Shown piece by piece: positions 41,601 to 55,460 of a DNA stretch of 64,000 bases (position 1 is the stretch's first letter; each line of letters begins with the position of its first letter). This stretch comes from Eledone cirrhosa (Eukaryota), in the NCBI GenBank assembly GCA_964016885.1, contig OZ024765.1, forward strand, positions 21,452,001 to 21,516,000. The letters are read 5' to 3'. The translations under genes and the position numbers were made by a program. The notes under the pieces are model-generated. The model searched no databases and was not told the DNA's origin. It saw only the letters and a program-made list of their open reading frames with translations.

Positions 41601-44391
41601 GAGCTTCCAGTAACCGGGTCCCTGTCTATGCGTTCTGTCAAGGTTGACCATGCAGGTCACTAATTTGTGGTCTGAATAGCCAACCATGCTCATTTTTGGA
41701 CAACTTAAAAAGTCCTTATCCTTATTTCTAACTAAGAACCTATCTAGGTACGACCTAGATTATCCACTACGATTTGCCCAAGTCCAGGTTGGCGCAGTCG
41801 GAAAATCTAGTCGATATCTATCGGCCAGGTCAAATTGACCGATTAACCCTTTGAGGCTATTACACCCCTCTCTATCGGGACAGGCCCCTACGTAGTCCCA
41901 GCGTGCATCTAGGATACCATTCCAGTCCCCCACTAATAGCAAGGAGCGGGATGTCCCTAGAAAAGTCTCCAGACGATGGAAGAAGTCCGGCCGCATTGAC
42001 CCGAAAGGGCCGTAGGCGGCTACCAACCTAAATGCTCCGCGTTCACCACTGCCAAGGTCCAGAACCACTAGTCGACCCTCTGGGTCCAAATGTACCATCT
42101 GTGTTGCGAGACCCAGATGTTTTTGCAGCAGAACGACAACCCCACCCCCACCTCCGGGCTGACAGAGAGATGCGTGCATCTCAAAGTCATCAAAGGTGGG
42201 GGCCAGCTGTCGCACGTTGCTGATCCGGGCCTCGCAAATAACCATCACATCTATACGTTGTGACCTGAGGTCATTTAGAAGCATTGCTTGCTTCCAAGTT
42301 GAGCCCAGGCCACGCGCATTTAAACAGCCTACTCTTAGCATAGCTATGTTGGTGGTGATGAGAAAAGGCACTTACCTCTCTGCGTCCCGGGTATCGGGCT
42401 GCACAATTTCCATTAGGGTGGGGGATGGGTTGTTGGGTGGGGTGGTGGTTTGTGGAAGTGTAGGGGCATCAATGTGTTGTGTGGTTGGGGTGTTTGGAGT
42501 TGTGTGGGTGTTTGGGGAGGAGGTGGGGTTGTTTTTTAGGAGGACGCGGTTAATGGGCCCGACGCAGGGGGGACCCACGTCCTCTTTAAAGTTGTTTTTT
42601 AAAGTTTTATAAGTGTCCTGTGGGGCCTTAATCATTTTGAGGTGGGGGAAATCCCCTGCCTGGGTGAAGTTAGGCCCTTGTGTTTTTATTAGATTGTTGT
42701 TGTACACAATGTTTAACAGTTTTTTGTTTCTTGTGTTTATGTATGTGTATGCATGTTTTTGTTTTTGTGTGGTGTTTTTTGTTTGCTGTTGTTGTGAGCT
42801 CTTTTGTGTTGGTGTCAGTGTTATGTTTTGGGGAGGGGTTGTTTTCATTTGTGTCTGAGGTGTGTTTTCTTTTTTTTCTTTTGATTGTGTGGAAGTGCTC
42901 CTCCTCGTCTGACGACGAACTAGGGTCATCTTCCGCGTTGGAGGGGAGGGGTATATTTTCGGGTTGTGTTTGCGGTGCGGGTGTTTTGGAAATTGTTTTT
43001 TTTTTAGTGGGGGGGATGGGTTGGACATTGTTTTGTTTTGGTTTGAGCTGTGGTGGTTGTTTTTGTAGTGGTAGTTGTGGTGATTGTGTTGGTTGTGCAG
43101 TTGTTGGTGGTGTAGGCAGGATTGGGGTTTTCTTATTAAGTTGGGGACAGACAGCCCTCAGGTGACCTCTGGTTCCGCAGAGGTAACACGAGGGCTGCCT
43201 ACCCCCAACGGTAATGTTGATGAAAGTTTGATCATCCAGTATGACGCGTTCAGGGATCTGGGCGATCCTTTCGGGCCTCATTTGAACTACAAGTTCGAGG
43301 CTCGTTCCACTGAACGTGTCACCCGATGCCTTTCCCATGGACACCAGCATGTCATCCTCCAGGTCCAGGAAACCTGTCAAAACCCACCATATGTCCATAA
43401 TCGGCAGGATGGTGTGGATTTTTATTTTTTGTGTTCTTCTACCCATGTACATAGGGTAGAAGGTGTATGCGGTGGATGTGATTGGTTTGATGGACAGTTT
43501 CACTGCTGTGTCCCTGTCCTTCATGAGAATGGATAGACTCCTGTAGAGTCTATCCTTCTGAATGAAGGTGATGTCCTTCATGACGTCTTTTAAAACCAGC
43601 TCTATTTCACTCTGTGATGGTTGAGCTGGTTTTTTACTTTTATTCGAGATTGTCCTAAACATGACCGTGTTTAGGAGTCTCTGGCTTTTTAGTTCCGAGG
43701 GGGAATGGATTGTGAATGAACCATTTTCCCCGTACACTATATATTTTTTCGCATCTGCCAGTAGCTCCTTCGCTTTGGTTATATCTACTGGCAGATAGTC
43801 GAGGGTTTTCCTTGTCGTCTCGGCGAAGGAGAAATTTTGTTTGTTTGTGTTGTTGTTGTCGTTGGTGGTGTTGTTGTTATCATTGTTGTTGTTGTCACAG
43901 TTATTGGTCTTGTTGTTGTTGTTATTGTTATTGGTGTTGTTTTCGTCCGTCGCATTGTTGTTGTTGTTGCTGTTGCTGGTGCCGCTGGTTCTTTGGGTTG
44001 TTGCCATGGCAACGTCAAGTTGTCGGTTAACAGATGGAGAAATTCCTTCCTCTGGCTGACCTTTCTTCTTGACCTCTGCTACTGTGACAGTGGCAGGGGG
44101 AAGCTGTAAGTTTATCTTCCCCTTTCCTCCTTCGAATTTTGGTGAAGAAGCTTCAGCCATTTTAAAAAATGTTAACTTTTCAACAAGAAAAAACTTTTTT
44201 TGTTTAACTATTTCGCCTAAAGGTGTAGAATATTTTGAGAGACTGACCAGATCAAAGTTTGACCTGGCTGTCCCTCTACAAAATGGTACAAAAATGAAAG
44301 TTTACAGTTCACAATTTCCGGATAAATTTAAACGAAACTTACCGAGCGAGCTCAGCACATGTGTCCATCGTAAAGAGAAGATATGACTCCA
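38687..44391 (-). mobile_element. Apparently full-length Tx1/L1-clade LINE: ORF1 (gag-like, CCHC) 44160-42372 and ORF2 (APE-RT-zinc finger) 42342-38951, several frameshifts
   Basis: CYLCGTRGHLRAVC; GCLNARGL, GDWNG, YSDHK, GYWKLN, KSPGLDG, NFRPITLLN, LDQSKAFDRV, RQGCPLS, AYADDV, KGGLGMP, CPRC..EETVAHALVHC; AATAAA at the 3' end. Confidence 0.95.
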
Positions 44392-44393
44392 TA

Positions 44394-46622
44394 GATAGAT
44401 AGTTAGACAGACAAACAGACAGATGCCTATATACATTAGTAGATAGATAGATTTCTTTATTAGCCACAAGGGCGCAACAAGAAAGGGGACAATACAAAGA
44501 CATGCCGGGGATTTTACTAGATAGATAGTTAGACAGACAGACAGACAGATGCTTATATACATTAGTAGATAGATAGTTAGACAGACAGACAGACAGATGC
44601 CTATATACATTAGTAGATAGATAGTTAGACAGACAAACAGACAGATGCCTATATACATTAGTTGATAGATAGTTAGACAGACAGACAGATGCCTATATAC
44701 ATTAGCAGATAGATAGTTAGACAGACAGACAGATGCCTATGTACATTAGTAGATAGATAGTTAGACAGACAGACAGATGCCTATGTACATTAATAGATAG
44801 ATTTCTTTATTTACCATAAAGGCATAAAAAGAAGGGACAAATACAAAGGGGGAGTTTACATATAATCGAGTAAAAAGGGTGTAACATGAAAATAATCGAA
44901 AATAACCTCAAAAGGGAGGGGACGTGATGGGGGTTGCACACACCCCCGAAAAAGTGTGCAATCCTTTGCCCGGGGAGCACATGGAGAAGGCGCTCCCCTC
45001 TCCTTTACTTCTTTACCTACAGGATGGTATACAGAGAAGGCCCATTTACACGAGCCATTCTCGCCACTATCACCCACCTTTCATAAAACTGCCTGTGGCC
45101 AAGCACCTCTCTCTCCATTCTTATCCTTCTTCCGAAGTGATATCGGAAGAAGTAGACCAGACTATGGCCAGAGAGGAAGTTGCCTGACCTCAGACCTTTC
45201 AATCGTGTCCACCAAACAACCTCTTTCAACATGGCTATTACGCACAGAAAAACCGCCTTTGCTTCCTTTGTGAAGAGGGGAGGCGGTTTGATTGTCATCA
45301 CGGACTCGGCTGTCAATTTAATCGGCGCCACCCGCGACAGCAGTTGTTCGGCGTAGCCCCACAGATCAGCCACGCCCGGACATTGCACCAATGCGTGCGC
45401 CACGGTTTCTTCGTGACGCACGCATCTAGGGCAAATCTTTTTTGAGGGATCCCTGCCCGGGCGCCCGTGTCTGTAGAGCCTCTCTCGAACGGGTAGAGCC
45501 CCTCGGTAGCACTGCCAGGCCAGTGACTTCTGGAAGTTGTCCATTGGTCCTGGGCCGAAAGTCCTACCGAACAGGCTGGCCAGTTCGTCTTCTTCCATGT
45601 CCAGCGACTCTCCAAGGGTGTCATCGCCCCTGCTAGCCACCAGCCCTCTATAGAATGATGAGGTGGATTCTCCACCGATGGCCCGGCCCGCTTGCCAGAG
45701 AGCCCTGAGCGCCTGAGCACACTCAGTGTGCCAGTCTCCCAGTTTTCCGGATCTTTGCTTGACCCAGGACTGTAGCTCGGTGAGTGAGACGAGTCTCGGA
45801 AAGGCTCGTTTCACGAACGGAGCCCACACCGGTTGACCAGTGAGGAATACCTGTAGGTGCCGTAGCCTTAATGCGTGCCTACGCATCATCAACCACGGCA
45901 TCCCCAGCCCTCCTTTCAAAGGTTGTTGGCAGCAGATGGATCTTCTCACCATAGGAGGACGCTTCTTCCAAAGAAATTGGAAGAGCATGCGTTCCATGGT
46001 GGTGAGTGTTTCCTTAGGGCAAGGCACGACAGTCAGGCGGTAGTAAGTGACGGACGCTATCTATGTACATTAATAGATAGATAGTTAGACAGACAGACAG
46101 ATGCCTATATACATTAGTAGATAGATAGTTAGACAGACAGACAGATGCCTATATACATTAGTAGATAGATAGATTTCTTTATTAGCCACAAGGGCGTAAC
46201 AAGAAAGGGGACAATACAAAGACATGCCGGGGATTTTACATACAGTCGTGTAAAAAATATAAAAACAAACAATTTATACATTAGTAGATAGATAGTTAGA
46301 CAGACAGACAGACAGATGCCTATATACATTAGTAAATAGATAGTTAGACAGATAGACAGACAGATGCCTATATACATTAGTAGATAGATAGTTAGACAGA
46401 CAGACAGACAGATGCCTATATACATTAGTAGATAGATAGTTAGACAGACAAACAGACAGATGCCTATATACATTAGTTGATAGATAGTTAGACAGACAGA
46501 CAGACAGATGCCTATATACATTAGTAGATAGATAGTTAGACAGACAGACAGATGCCTATGTACATTAGTAGATAGATAGTTAGACAGACAGACAGATGCC
46601 TATATACATTAGTAGATAGATA
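44394..46622. repeat. ~44-48-bp GATA/GACA minisatellite (tagatagatagttagacagacagacagatgcctatatacattag) interrupted by three Tx1 insertions
   Basis: Direct reading. Confidence 0.93.
44803..46060 (-). mobile_element. 5'-truncated Tx1-like LINE (ORF2 C-terminus) with 22-bp TSD
   Basis: ORF 46027-45017 is homologous to 40069-38951. TSD ctatgtacattaatagatagat at 44781-44802 and 46061-46082. Confidence 0.95.
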
Positions 46623-47049
46623 AATGCTGAGAGTTATGGATGAATGTGAAGCAGTTTTTCCGCGACCTTTTCTTCTCCATTCTATTCAACCAGCATGTAT
46701 GTCGGCCATTGTCCTTTGACAAATTTGGGAACTGATTGCTTCAAGAATCAATGAAACTATTCCACATAATTTGTCGTTTAGTCTGTCAATAACTTGGTAT
46801 TTACAATCTGCAAAGTTAACTATCTTTATGGTTATTGAGCGTGATGCATGGCTTTGACATTTTTTATTAGTTATTTCCATCTAAATTGTGTTTTCTTCGG
46901 TCAATCAGTTAATATTTATTCTCTGTTCATGAAACACTCTTTATGGTTATTCAATGTGACGTAAGGACTCAATTTTTTTAGTTTGGCTCTAATTTCTCTT
47001 TACTCGGTCACCCAGTCTGTATTTACAGTCTCTGTCAATACTGTGTTGT

Positions 47050-47200
47050 GTGTTCTAGTAATCAAGCTGAGGCCATGCTGGAGCATTGCCTACTCTGTTA
47101 CGTGTTCTGGTTATCAGGCTGAAGCCATGCTGGGGCGCCGAGTACTCTATTAGGTGTTCTAGTTTTCAGGCTGTGGCCATGCTGGGTCACAGACTACTCT
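47050..47200. repeat. Three degenerate ~53-bp direct repeats (gtgttct.g..atca.gctg.ggccatgctgg...tactct)
   Basis: Direct reading. Confidence 0.8.
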
Positions 47201-47402
47201 ATTATATGTTCCATATAGCGCGCTTCATCAGACACTGGATTAGTTCCTTTTATTTTCCTCAGAAGAAGAGATCTTAGTCTCAAAATATCAGGACATATAA
47301 TTAAATTAAAATAAAACCACTCCTTGTTTCATCAGACTTGTTTATCCATTCATTTCCCATTGTTGTGGCTTTCAAACTTCGAATTCTATATAATATATAT
47401 TT

Positions 47403-47461
<59 letters not shown>

Positions 47462-47492
47462 CATATATATATTTATTAAAATATATATATAC

Positions 47493-47545
<53 letters not shown>

Positions 47546-47594
47546 TATACATATATATATATACATATATATATTTATTAAAATATATATATAC

Positions 47595-47647
<53 letters not shown>

Positions 47648-47710
47648 TATACATATATATATATACATATATATATTTATTAAAATATATATATACATAT
47701 ATATATATAC

Positions 47711-47861
<151 letters not shown>

Positions 47862-47890
47862 CATATATATATTTATTAAAATATATATTT

Positions 47891-47923
<33 letters not shown>

Positions 47924-47991
47924 CATATATATATACATATATATATTTATTAAAATAACAGATTTTAGTCTTCAAATTTATTATTATTACT

Positions 47992-48041
<50 letters not shown>

Positions 48042-48515
48042 TAGCGTGGAAGAATGGACGTAAAACGACGATGATGATGATATATATATATATATGTATC
48101 ATCATCATGACCATCATCGTCGTTTTACGTCCATTCTTCCACGCTAGCATGGGTTAGAGGGGTTGTCCTGTTGTGGGCAGTGTCCGGTCAGCTGACCTTG
48201 TCTTGCTCATACAGGAACTGATTCTGGCTTGATTTCTACAGCTGGATGCCCTTCCTAACACCAACCTCATTTACAGTGAGTGCTGGGTGCTTTATTGCCG
48301 TGGCACCTCCACGACCACTTTACAGTGGGAGGATGTGGGGGCATATTGTCTATATGCTTCAGCTCCAGCTTGTTCCCATGGGGGGGTCGGGTCTTCTGTA
48401 TTATTGCGTGACGCCAGAGGTCACAGCCTTTGAGAAGTGTAATTGGGTAAGGTCGGCTTTTATCACCTCATCCCAGGTCTTGTTGGGTCTCCCTGTCATC
48501 GTCACCGTCACCGTC

Positions 48516-49427
48516 ATCATTTTACGTCCTCTTTTTCCCTGCTTGCAAGGGTGGGACGGGAACTGATTCTGGCTTGATTTCTACAGCTGGATGCCCTTCC
48601 TAACACCAACCTCATTTACAGTGAGTGCTGGGTGCTTTTTTGCCGTGGCACCTCCACGACCACTTTGCAGTGGAATGATAGGGACCCCAGTCCTATCATC
48701 TCATTTCTACAGCTGAGTAAACTGGAGCAATGTGAAATAAAGTGTCTTGCTCAAGGAAACAACACATCACCTGGTCTGAGAATTGAACTCACAACCTTTT
48801 GATTGCAAGGCCAATGCTCTAACTACTAAGCCATGTGCCTCCATATATATATATATATATATTCCCAGGGTGATTCAGTGGGGCTGTTGGGTATCTGTTC
48901 ATTTACAGTAAAGAGGCTGACATGATATCTACGACATTCTCAAACATAGATAACAACATAAGATTCGTCATAGAAGACCCCGACCCTGATAAAAATGGTT
49001 CCTCATCTCTGCTGGACTTCCAGCTTAGAATAACAGAAGGTGGTAATATATACAGCAAATTCTATCAGAAAAACTCCAGCAGGGGCTTGTTTCATCATTT
49101 CATTTTACGTCCGCTTTTCCCTGCTTGCAAGGGTGGGACGGGAACTGATTCTGGCTTGATTTCTACAGCTGGATGCCCTTCCTAACACCAACCTCATTTA
49201 CAGTGAGTGCAGGGTGCTTTTTTGCAGTGGCACCTCCACGACCACTTTACAGTGGAATGATAGGGACCCCCAGTCCCTATCATCTCATTTCTACAGCTGA
49301 GTAAACTGGAGCAATGTGAAATAAAGTGTCTTGCTCAAGGAAACAACACATCACGCGGTCTGAGAATTGAACTCACAACCTTTCGATTGCAAGGCCAATG
49401 CTCTAACCACTAAGCCATGTGCCTCCA
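48516..49427 (-). mobile_element. Two SINE family 2 copies (48516-48843, 49093-49427); a further partial copy at 48213-48328
   Basis: Reverse complement of 20571-20905. Confidence 0.92.
48905..49092 (+). pseudogene. Short PLE RT (palm/thumb) fragment
   Basis: FSNIDNNIRFVIEDPDPDKNGSSSLLDFQLRITEGGNIYSKFYQK resembles the N..H..I.FT.E....L.FLD...Y.K motif. Confidence 0.65.
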
Positions 49428-49765
49428 TGTTTGTGCATTATAAGTCAGCCCTTCCCCTTTGTGCTAAAACCAGATACATAACAAATGAAGCTGCCACAGA
49501 CATAAGATCTCCTCTAACATCAGCGCCATAAAATGTCCACCTACTTTAGCGAAGACATAACCACATGCTGACGACAATCATGATGATATATGTTTAAAAT
49601 GGTCGCTCAGACAAGGACAGATTTTAATTAGACTCTTAACGAGTTCCATTATATTTTTTATTTTAATTTTAATTTTTTTTTCACTTTTGCGTTGAATATA
49701 TATTTTTTTTTAAATTAATTACTTTATATTTTTTTATTTTCTTTTTGTGTGTAACATAATGTGTC

Positions 49766-50612
49766 TGGTGGTGGTATTGGTGGTGATGTTGGTGGTGGTG
49801 GTGGTGTTGATGGTAGTGGTGGTGGTGTTGGTGGTGGTGGTGGTGGTGTTGATGCTGGTGTGGTGGTGGTGGTGTTGGTGGTGGTGGTGGTGTTGGTGGT
49901 AGTGTTGGTGGTGGTGGTGGTATTGGTGGTGGTGGTGGTATTGGTGGTGATGTTGGTGGTGGTGTTGGTGGTGGTGTTGATGGTAGTGGTGGTGGTGTTG
50001 GTGGTGGTGTTGTTGTTGGTGGTGGTGTTGGTGGGGGTGATGGTGTTGTTGGTGGTGGTATTGGTGGTGATGTTGGTGGTGGTGTTGTTGGTGGTGGTGG
50101 TGGTGTTGGTGGTGTTGGTGGTAGTTTTGTTATGGTGGTGGTGTTGTTGGTGGTGGTGGTGTTGGTGGTGGGGGTGTTGGTGGTGGTGGTGGTGTTGGTG
50201 GTGGGGGTGTTGGTGGTGGTGGTGTTGGTGATGGTGTTGGTCGCAGTGGTGTTATGGTGGTGGTGCTGTTGTTGGTGGTGTTGGTGGTAGTGTTGTTATG
50301 GTAGTAGTGTTGGTGGTGGTAGTGTTGGTGGTGGTGGTGGTGGTGTTGGTGTTGGTGGTGGTTGTGGTGGTGGTGTTGGTGGTGTTGGTGGTAGTGTTGT
50401 TATGGTGGTAGTGGTGTTGGTGGTGTTGGTGGTGGTGGTGTTGGTGTTGGTGTTGGTGGTGGTGTTGGTGGTGGTGGTGTTGGTGGTGGTGGTGGTGATG
50501 TTGGTGGTAGTGTTGTTATGGTGGTAGTGATGGTGGTAGTGGTGGTGGTGTTGTTGTTGTTGCCAGTGGTATTGTTGTTGTCATTGTTGTTGTTGTTGTT
50601 ATTGATGTTGCA
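49766..50612. repeat. (GGT/GTT)n tract
   Basis: Direct reading. Confidence 0.95.
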
Positions 50613-50672
50613 GTAATTATTAGTTGTGTAGTTTAACATAATTGATAATTAGGATTTCAATGAGTCAGATAT

Positions 50673-53600
50673 CTTTCTCTATTTGCCACAGGGGCGTACA
50701 AAAATGAGACATTACAAGACGGCAGGGGGTTTTACATAAAAATAATTTTAACATTAATAAATAACAATAAACTATATATAATAAAATAACAATTGAAATC
50801 CCCAATAGGTGGGGGGACGTTACTGCAGAGTTGCTTTACACCCCGTGGATAGAACAACCCTCAACACCAGGAACACGTTTTGTTGGTGTTCCTGTCTTCC
50901 CTCTGTTTATCTTCCTCAACCTACAGGTTTATATACAGAGAAGGCCCATTCACTCGGGCCATTTTTGCCACATTCACCCACCTTTCAGTGAATTTACTGG
51001 GGTGTAGCACCTCTCTCTCCACTCTCACCTTCCTTCTGGAGTGATACTTAAAGAAGGGGATAAGTTGTTGTCTGGAGAGAAAGGTGTTTGCCCTCACTCC
51101 TTTTAACCTCGTCCACCATATTACCTCTTTCGCCATAGCCACCAGACAGAGGAAAACCACCTCTCCTTCATTCTTAAATGAAGGTGGCTGGGTGATCCTC
51201 ATGATGGACTCGGCTGACAACTGGATGCGTCCCACATGTGACAGCAACTGTTCGACATAATTCCACAGATCGGTCAACCCTGGGCACTGAACAATTGCGT
51301 GCAGAGCGGTTTCGATGTCCTACTCGCATCTTGGACAGGTCCTTTTGGCAGGATCTCTGCCAGGGCGTCCGTGCCTGTAGATTTTGTCTTGAAGTGGTAG
51401 AGCTCCTTGGTAGCACTGCCAGGCCAGAGACTTCTGGAAGTTATCCATAGGACCTGGACGGAAAGTCCTCCCGAACAGACTGGTCAGTTTGTCCTCCTCG
51501 AATCCTAGAGTTTCCCCAAGAACGTCGTCGCACTTATCCTCCACTAATCCCCTATAGAATGTCAAAGTAGAGTCTCTGCTGATTGCCGTTCCGCTTGGTA
51601 GAGGGCTGTGAGCGCCTGTAGGCACTTGAGGTGCCAGGCACCCATTTTCGGTCTTCGCTTGGCCCAGGACTGCAGCTCTGTTAGTGAGATGAGTTGTGGA
51701 AGAGCTTGTCTCACAAACGACAGCCACACCGGTTCACCGGTCAGGAATACCTGGAGATGGCATAGCCTCAGTGCATGTTTGCGCATCATCAGCCACGGCA
51801 TGCCCAGCCCTCTGTTAGAAGGGTGTTAACAGCAGATGGATCTCCTCACCAATGGAGCCTGTTTCTTCCAGAGGAACTTGAAGAGTAGGCGTTCCATTTT
51901 GGTAAGGTGTTCGCGGGGGCAAGGCACAACTGTCAAGCGGTAGTAGATGATGGACGCTATGTAAGTGTTCGCCACCTCTGCTCGACCTTTCAAGGAGAGT
52001 TTGCACTCAGCCCACTTCTGGGTGAGTGCAAACACCTTCGCCGTGGCCTCATACCAGTTCTTGTCCACCTGGAGGTCTGGACCGAACCAGACCCCGAGCA
52101 ATTTCACCTGTCCTTTCGTCCAGCATCCAACGACACTGTCGGAAGGCATGGGTTTGCCTCTCCATGTGCCGAGTTGCAAACCGACAGACTTGTTTGATTT
52201 TAGTCTTGCTCCTCTCACCGTTTCGTATTCCTGTAATAGGTTGCCGTTTACCCTGATGTCCGAGGTTTTCGACACCATTACGGTTGTGTCGTCAGCATAA
52301 GCTGACGCTGCTTTCCGCAGTCCTGGTTCGATCGGGATGCCCTGCAACAGCTCCAATTTCCGCAGTAACGGCTCGAGAGTCAGTACATACAGAATGGAGG
52401 AGAGAGGGCATCCCTGACGGATGGAACGCATGATTTGGAATGGCTCTGATATGTAGCCATTCACCTTGACTGTCGAGCAGATGCTGGTGTGCATGGCAGC
52501 AATCCAGCCTCTGAAGAGGGGACCGAAGCCGGCCACTTTGAGAACTGCTTCCAAGTATTGATGGTCGACCCTATCAAATGCCTTAGACTGATCTAAATTG
52601 ATCAGAGCCCCACCAAAGCCAGGTTTACACCCTACCCTCTCTATGATGTATCGAATGAGGTGGAGGTTGTCGTGTATGGACCTGGTCGGGATTGCACACA
52701 TTTGGGCTTCCCCTACCAGGTTCTCGACGACAAGTGCCAGCCTTGCTGCTAACACCTTGGCCAAAATCTTTAACTCTGTGTTGAGCAGAGTTATGGGCCT
52801 GAAATTGCTTATCTCATCCCCCTTGTTCTCATCTTTCCTGATCAGCATTACTACGTCTCTGCCTACAGAACTGGGAATCCGCTCGTTCTGCTGCCAGTTG
52901 CAGTAAACCGCTTCAAGGATGCCAGAGAACAAGTCTGACATGCCTATGTAAAACTCATAGGGCAGACCATCTAAACCGGGTGATTTGCATTTCCCGCAGC
53001 GGCCTAGGGCATCTTCTATTTCGCCCGCTGTGATCGGCCTTTCGCAGCTCTCCGCATCCATGCTCGAGAGTTGCGGAACGCCGTCGAGGTAGGAGCTGAA
53101 GTCCATCACCTCGCTCGATGTACCGCTTTGCCCAAACAGTTGTGCAAAATGCTGCTGGAAGGCTACACACATCTGCTTGGATTCAAGTATAATGCGTCCA
53201 TCTTTGTCTTGCAAAGACCGAATTGTGGATTTTTTGCCACTTTTCGCCTCTGCCACTTGGGCCCAGCTAACAGCTTTGGCTCCCTCGTTTCTTAGAGCAC
53301 TTGTTCTACTTCTGACAATACAACCTTCGTGTTTCACGTTGAAGAACTGGTCTAGTGCCGTTCTCGCCACTAGCACATCAGCTGTACTGCCATTCCTAAG
53401 TGCCTCTTCTATTTTAGCTACCAGTTCCTTTTCAGTTTTGTTTTTTTCTAAAGCTACTTCCTTGCTAAATGCTGTTGATTCTATTCTAATTGTTCTCTTG
53501 AGAGAGCTCCACCACCTGTTGTTGACGATCGTCCCCGTCAACTGGCACTGAACTAAGGTGCTAATCCGTTTACTGTAGGCCTTACGCGCCGGGAGCAACA

Positions 53601-55459
53601 TGTTTAGTTTCCAGTATCCGGGTCCCTGTCTATGTGTTCTATTAAGGTTGACTACGCAGGTGACTAATTTGTGGTCTGAATAGGCAACCATGTGCATTTG
53701 TGGACAGCTTAATGTTTCCTTATCATTGTCTAATTAAAAATCTAAATACGATCTAGAAGACCCAGTCCGGTTGCTCCACGTCCAGAGTGGTGCACTTGGG
53801 AAGTCTAGTCGATATCTATCAGCCAGTTGGAATTGGCTGATGAGATTTTTGAGGCTATTACACCTCCCTCTATTATCACAAGCTCCTACATAGTCCCTTC
53901 CAGTCCCCCGCTATCACTAAGGAGTGAGACGTTCCCAGGAATGGCTCCAGATGCGTAAAGAACTCTGGTCGCGATGTCTCAGTCAGGGCATATACGGCCA
54001 CTGTCCGAAAACTCCACCTTCACTACCATTCACGTCCAGGACCACCAGGCTGCCCTCTGGGTCCAAGTGAATCGTCTGTATTTTGAGATCCAAGTTTTTT
54101 CGAAACAGAACAGCAACTTCCCCTCCACCTCCTGGCTGACAGAGAGATGCGTAGATCTCAAAGTCATCGAACATGGGGGTTAGCTGCTGCTTGTCGTGAA
54201 TTCTGGACTCGGTGATGGCTATCACATCTATACAATGTGACCTGAGATCATTTAAAAGCTGGCCCTGTTTCCAGGACATGCCCAGGCCCACGTACATTCA
54301 AACATCCAGCTTGAATAGTCGCTATGTTGGTGAAGAAGAGTTAAGGAGAGAAAAGGCAGGAACACTTACCTTTTCGTTTCCTGGAGGTCGGGTTGTTCGA
54401 TCTCCATGTCCAGATTGGTGGTGTTTGGGGAGGGAGGGAATCCTTTTAGCAGGACATGGTTAAGGGGCTTTTGGCAAGGGGGGCCCACATCATGTGGGAA
54501 GTTCTCTTTTAAAGTTTCATACTGTAGGGTTGTTACCCTGATAAGTTTGAGGATTGGGGGTGGGTCGTTGGTGGGGAAAGTTTTCCCTTACGTTTGTATT
54601 GTGGGGTCCTTTCGGACAGTTTCCACCAGTTCTTTGTTTCTTGTTTTTATGTATGTGTAGTGTGTTTTGTTTTTTATGTGTACTGTTTCTGTTTGTAGTT
54701 TTCTTTTTGTGGTTGGGGTTTGTGATTGTGGTGGTGTGGGTGTTTGTTTTGTTGGTGAAGTGTTTGGTTGTGTTGGTGGTGATTGTGTTGTTGGTGTGTT
54801 TGTCGTTTGTGGCGGTGGGGTTGGGTGTGTGCATGTTTTCTGCAGATGTTTTTGTGTCTTTCTTGTTTTTTGGATTTTTGGGGTTCCTCTTCATTCTCAC
54901 TTGGAGATGTAGAGGTTCCCGTATCTGAGACTTCTGAATCAGGGGTAGATGGGAGGGGTATGTTGTGTGGTGGAGTGTTTGTGGAAGTATTTGACAGGGG
55001 AGGGGGAGAGGCAATGGAGGGTTTTTCAGTGGGATGTTGTGTGTGGGGTTGTCTCTGGTCTGTGGTGGGGTGGGAGTGGATGTTGCAGCTGTTTGTGTTG
55101 TGTTTGGTTTGGAGTATTGATGTTGGGGTTTTGGTGTTGGTAATAACACCTTGTTTGTCCTCGGTTTGTTTAAGAGAGGGCAAAAGGCCTTTAAGTGTGT
55201 GGTTTTCCCACACTTATGGCACTGAGATCTTTTCCCCTCCACTAAAATGGAGATGACATCTTCCTCAAGGACGATCCTGTCCGGTAGTTTTTCAACTCTC
55301 TCTGGCCTCATTTGTACCAGAACCTCGATGCAGGTTCCAAACCAGTTATGCCGGTCTGTCCTGTCTACAGATAGGAGGGTGTCCTCATCCTTCTTCAGGA
55401 TGCAGCGTAGAATACACCAAATGTTGACCTCTGCTGGGATCCTGGTTATTTTTATTTTA
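50673..55459 (-). mobile_element. Third Tx1-like LINE, truncated within ORF1, more decayed
   Basis: ORF1 CHKCGKTTHLKAFC; APE 54320-53750; RT ORF 53697-51826 with the same motifs; C-terminus ..MARVNGPSLYINL. Confidence 0.94.
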
Positions 55460-55460
55460 T

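Noticed and set aside
42372-43028. Programmed frameshift in Tx1 ORF1
   Set aside because: Frame changes fall in low-complexity A/C runs, and the paralogue has several different shifts; decay or sequencing error suffices.
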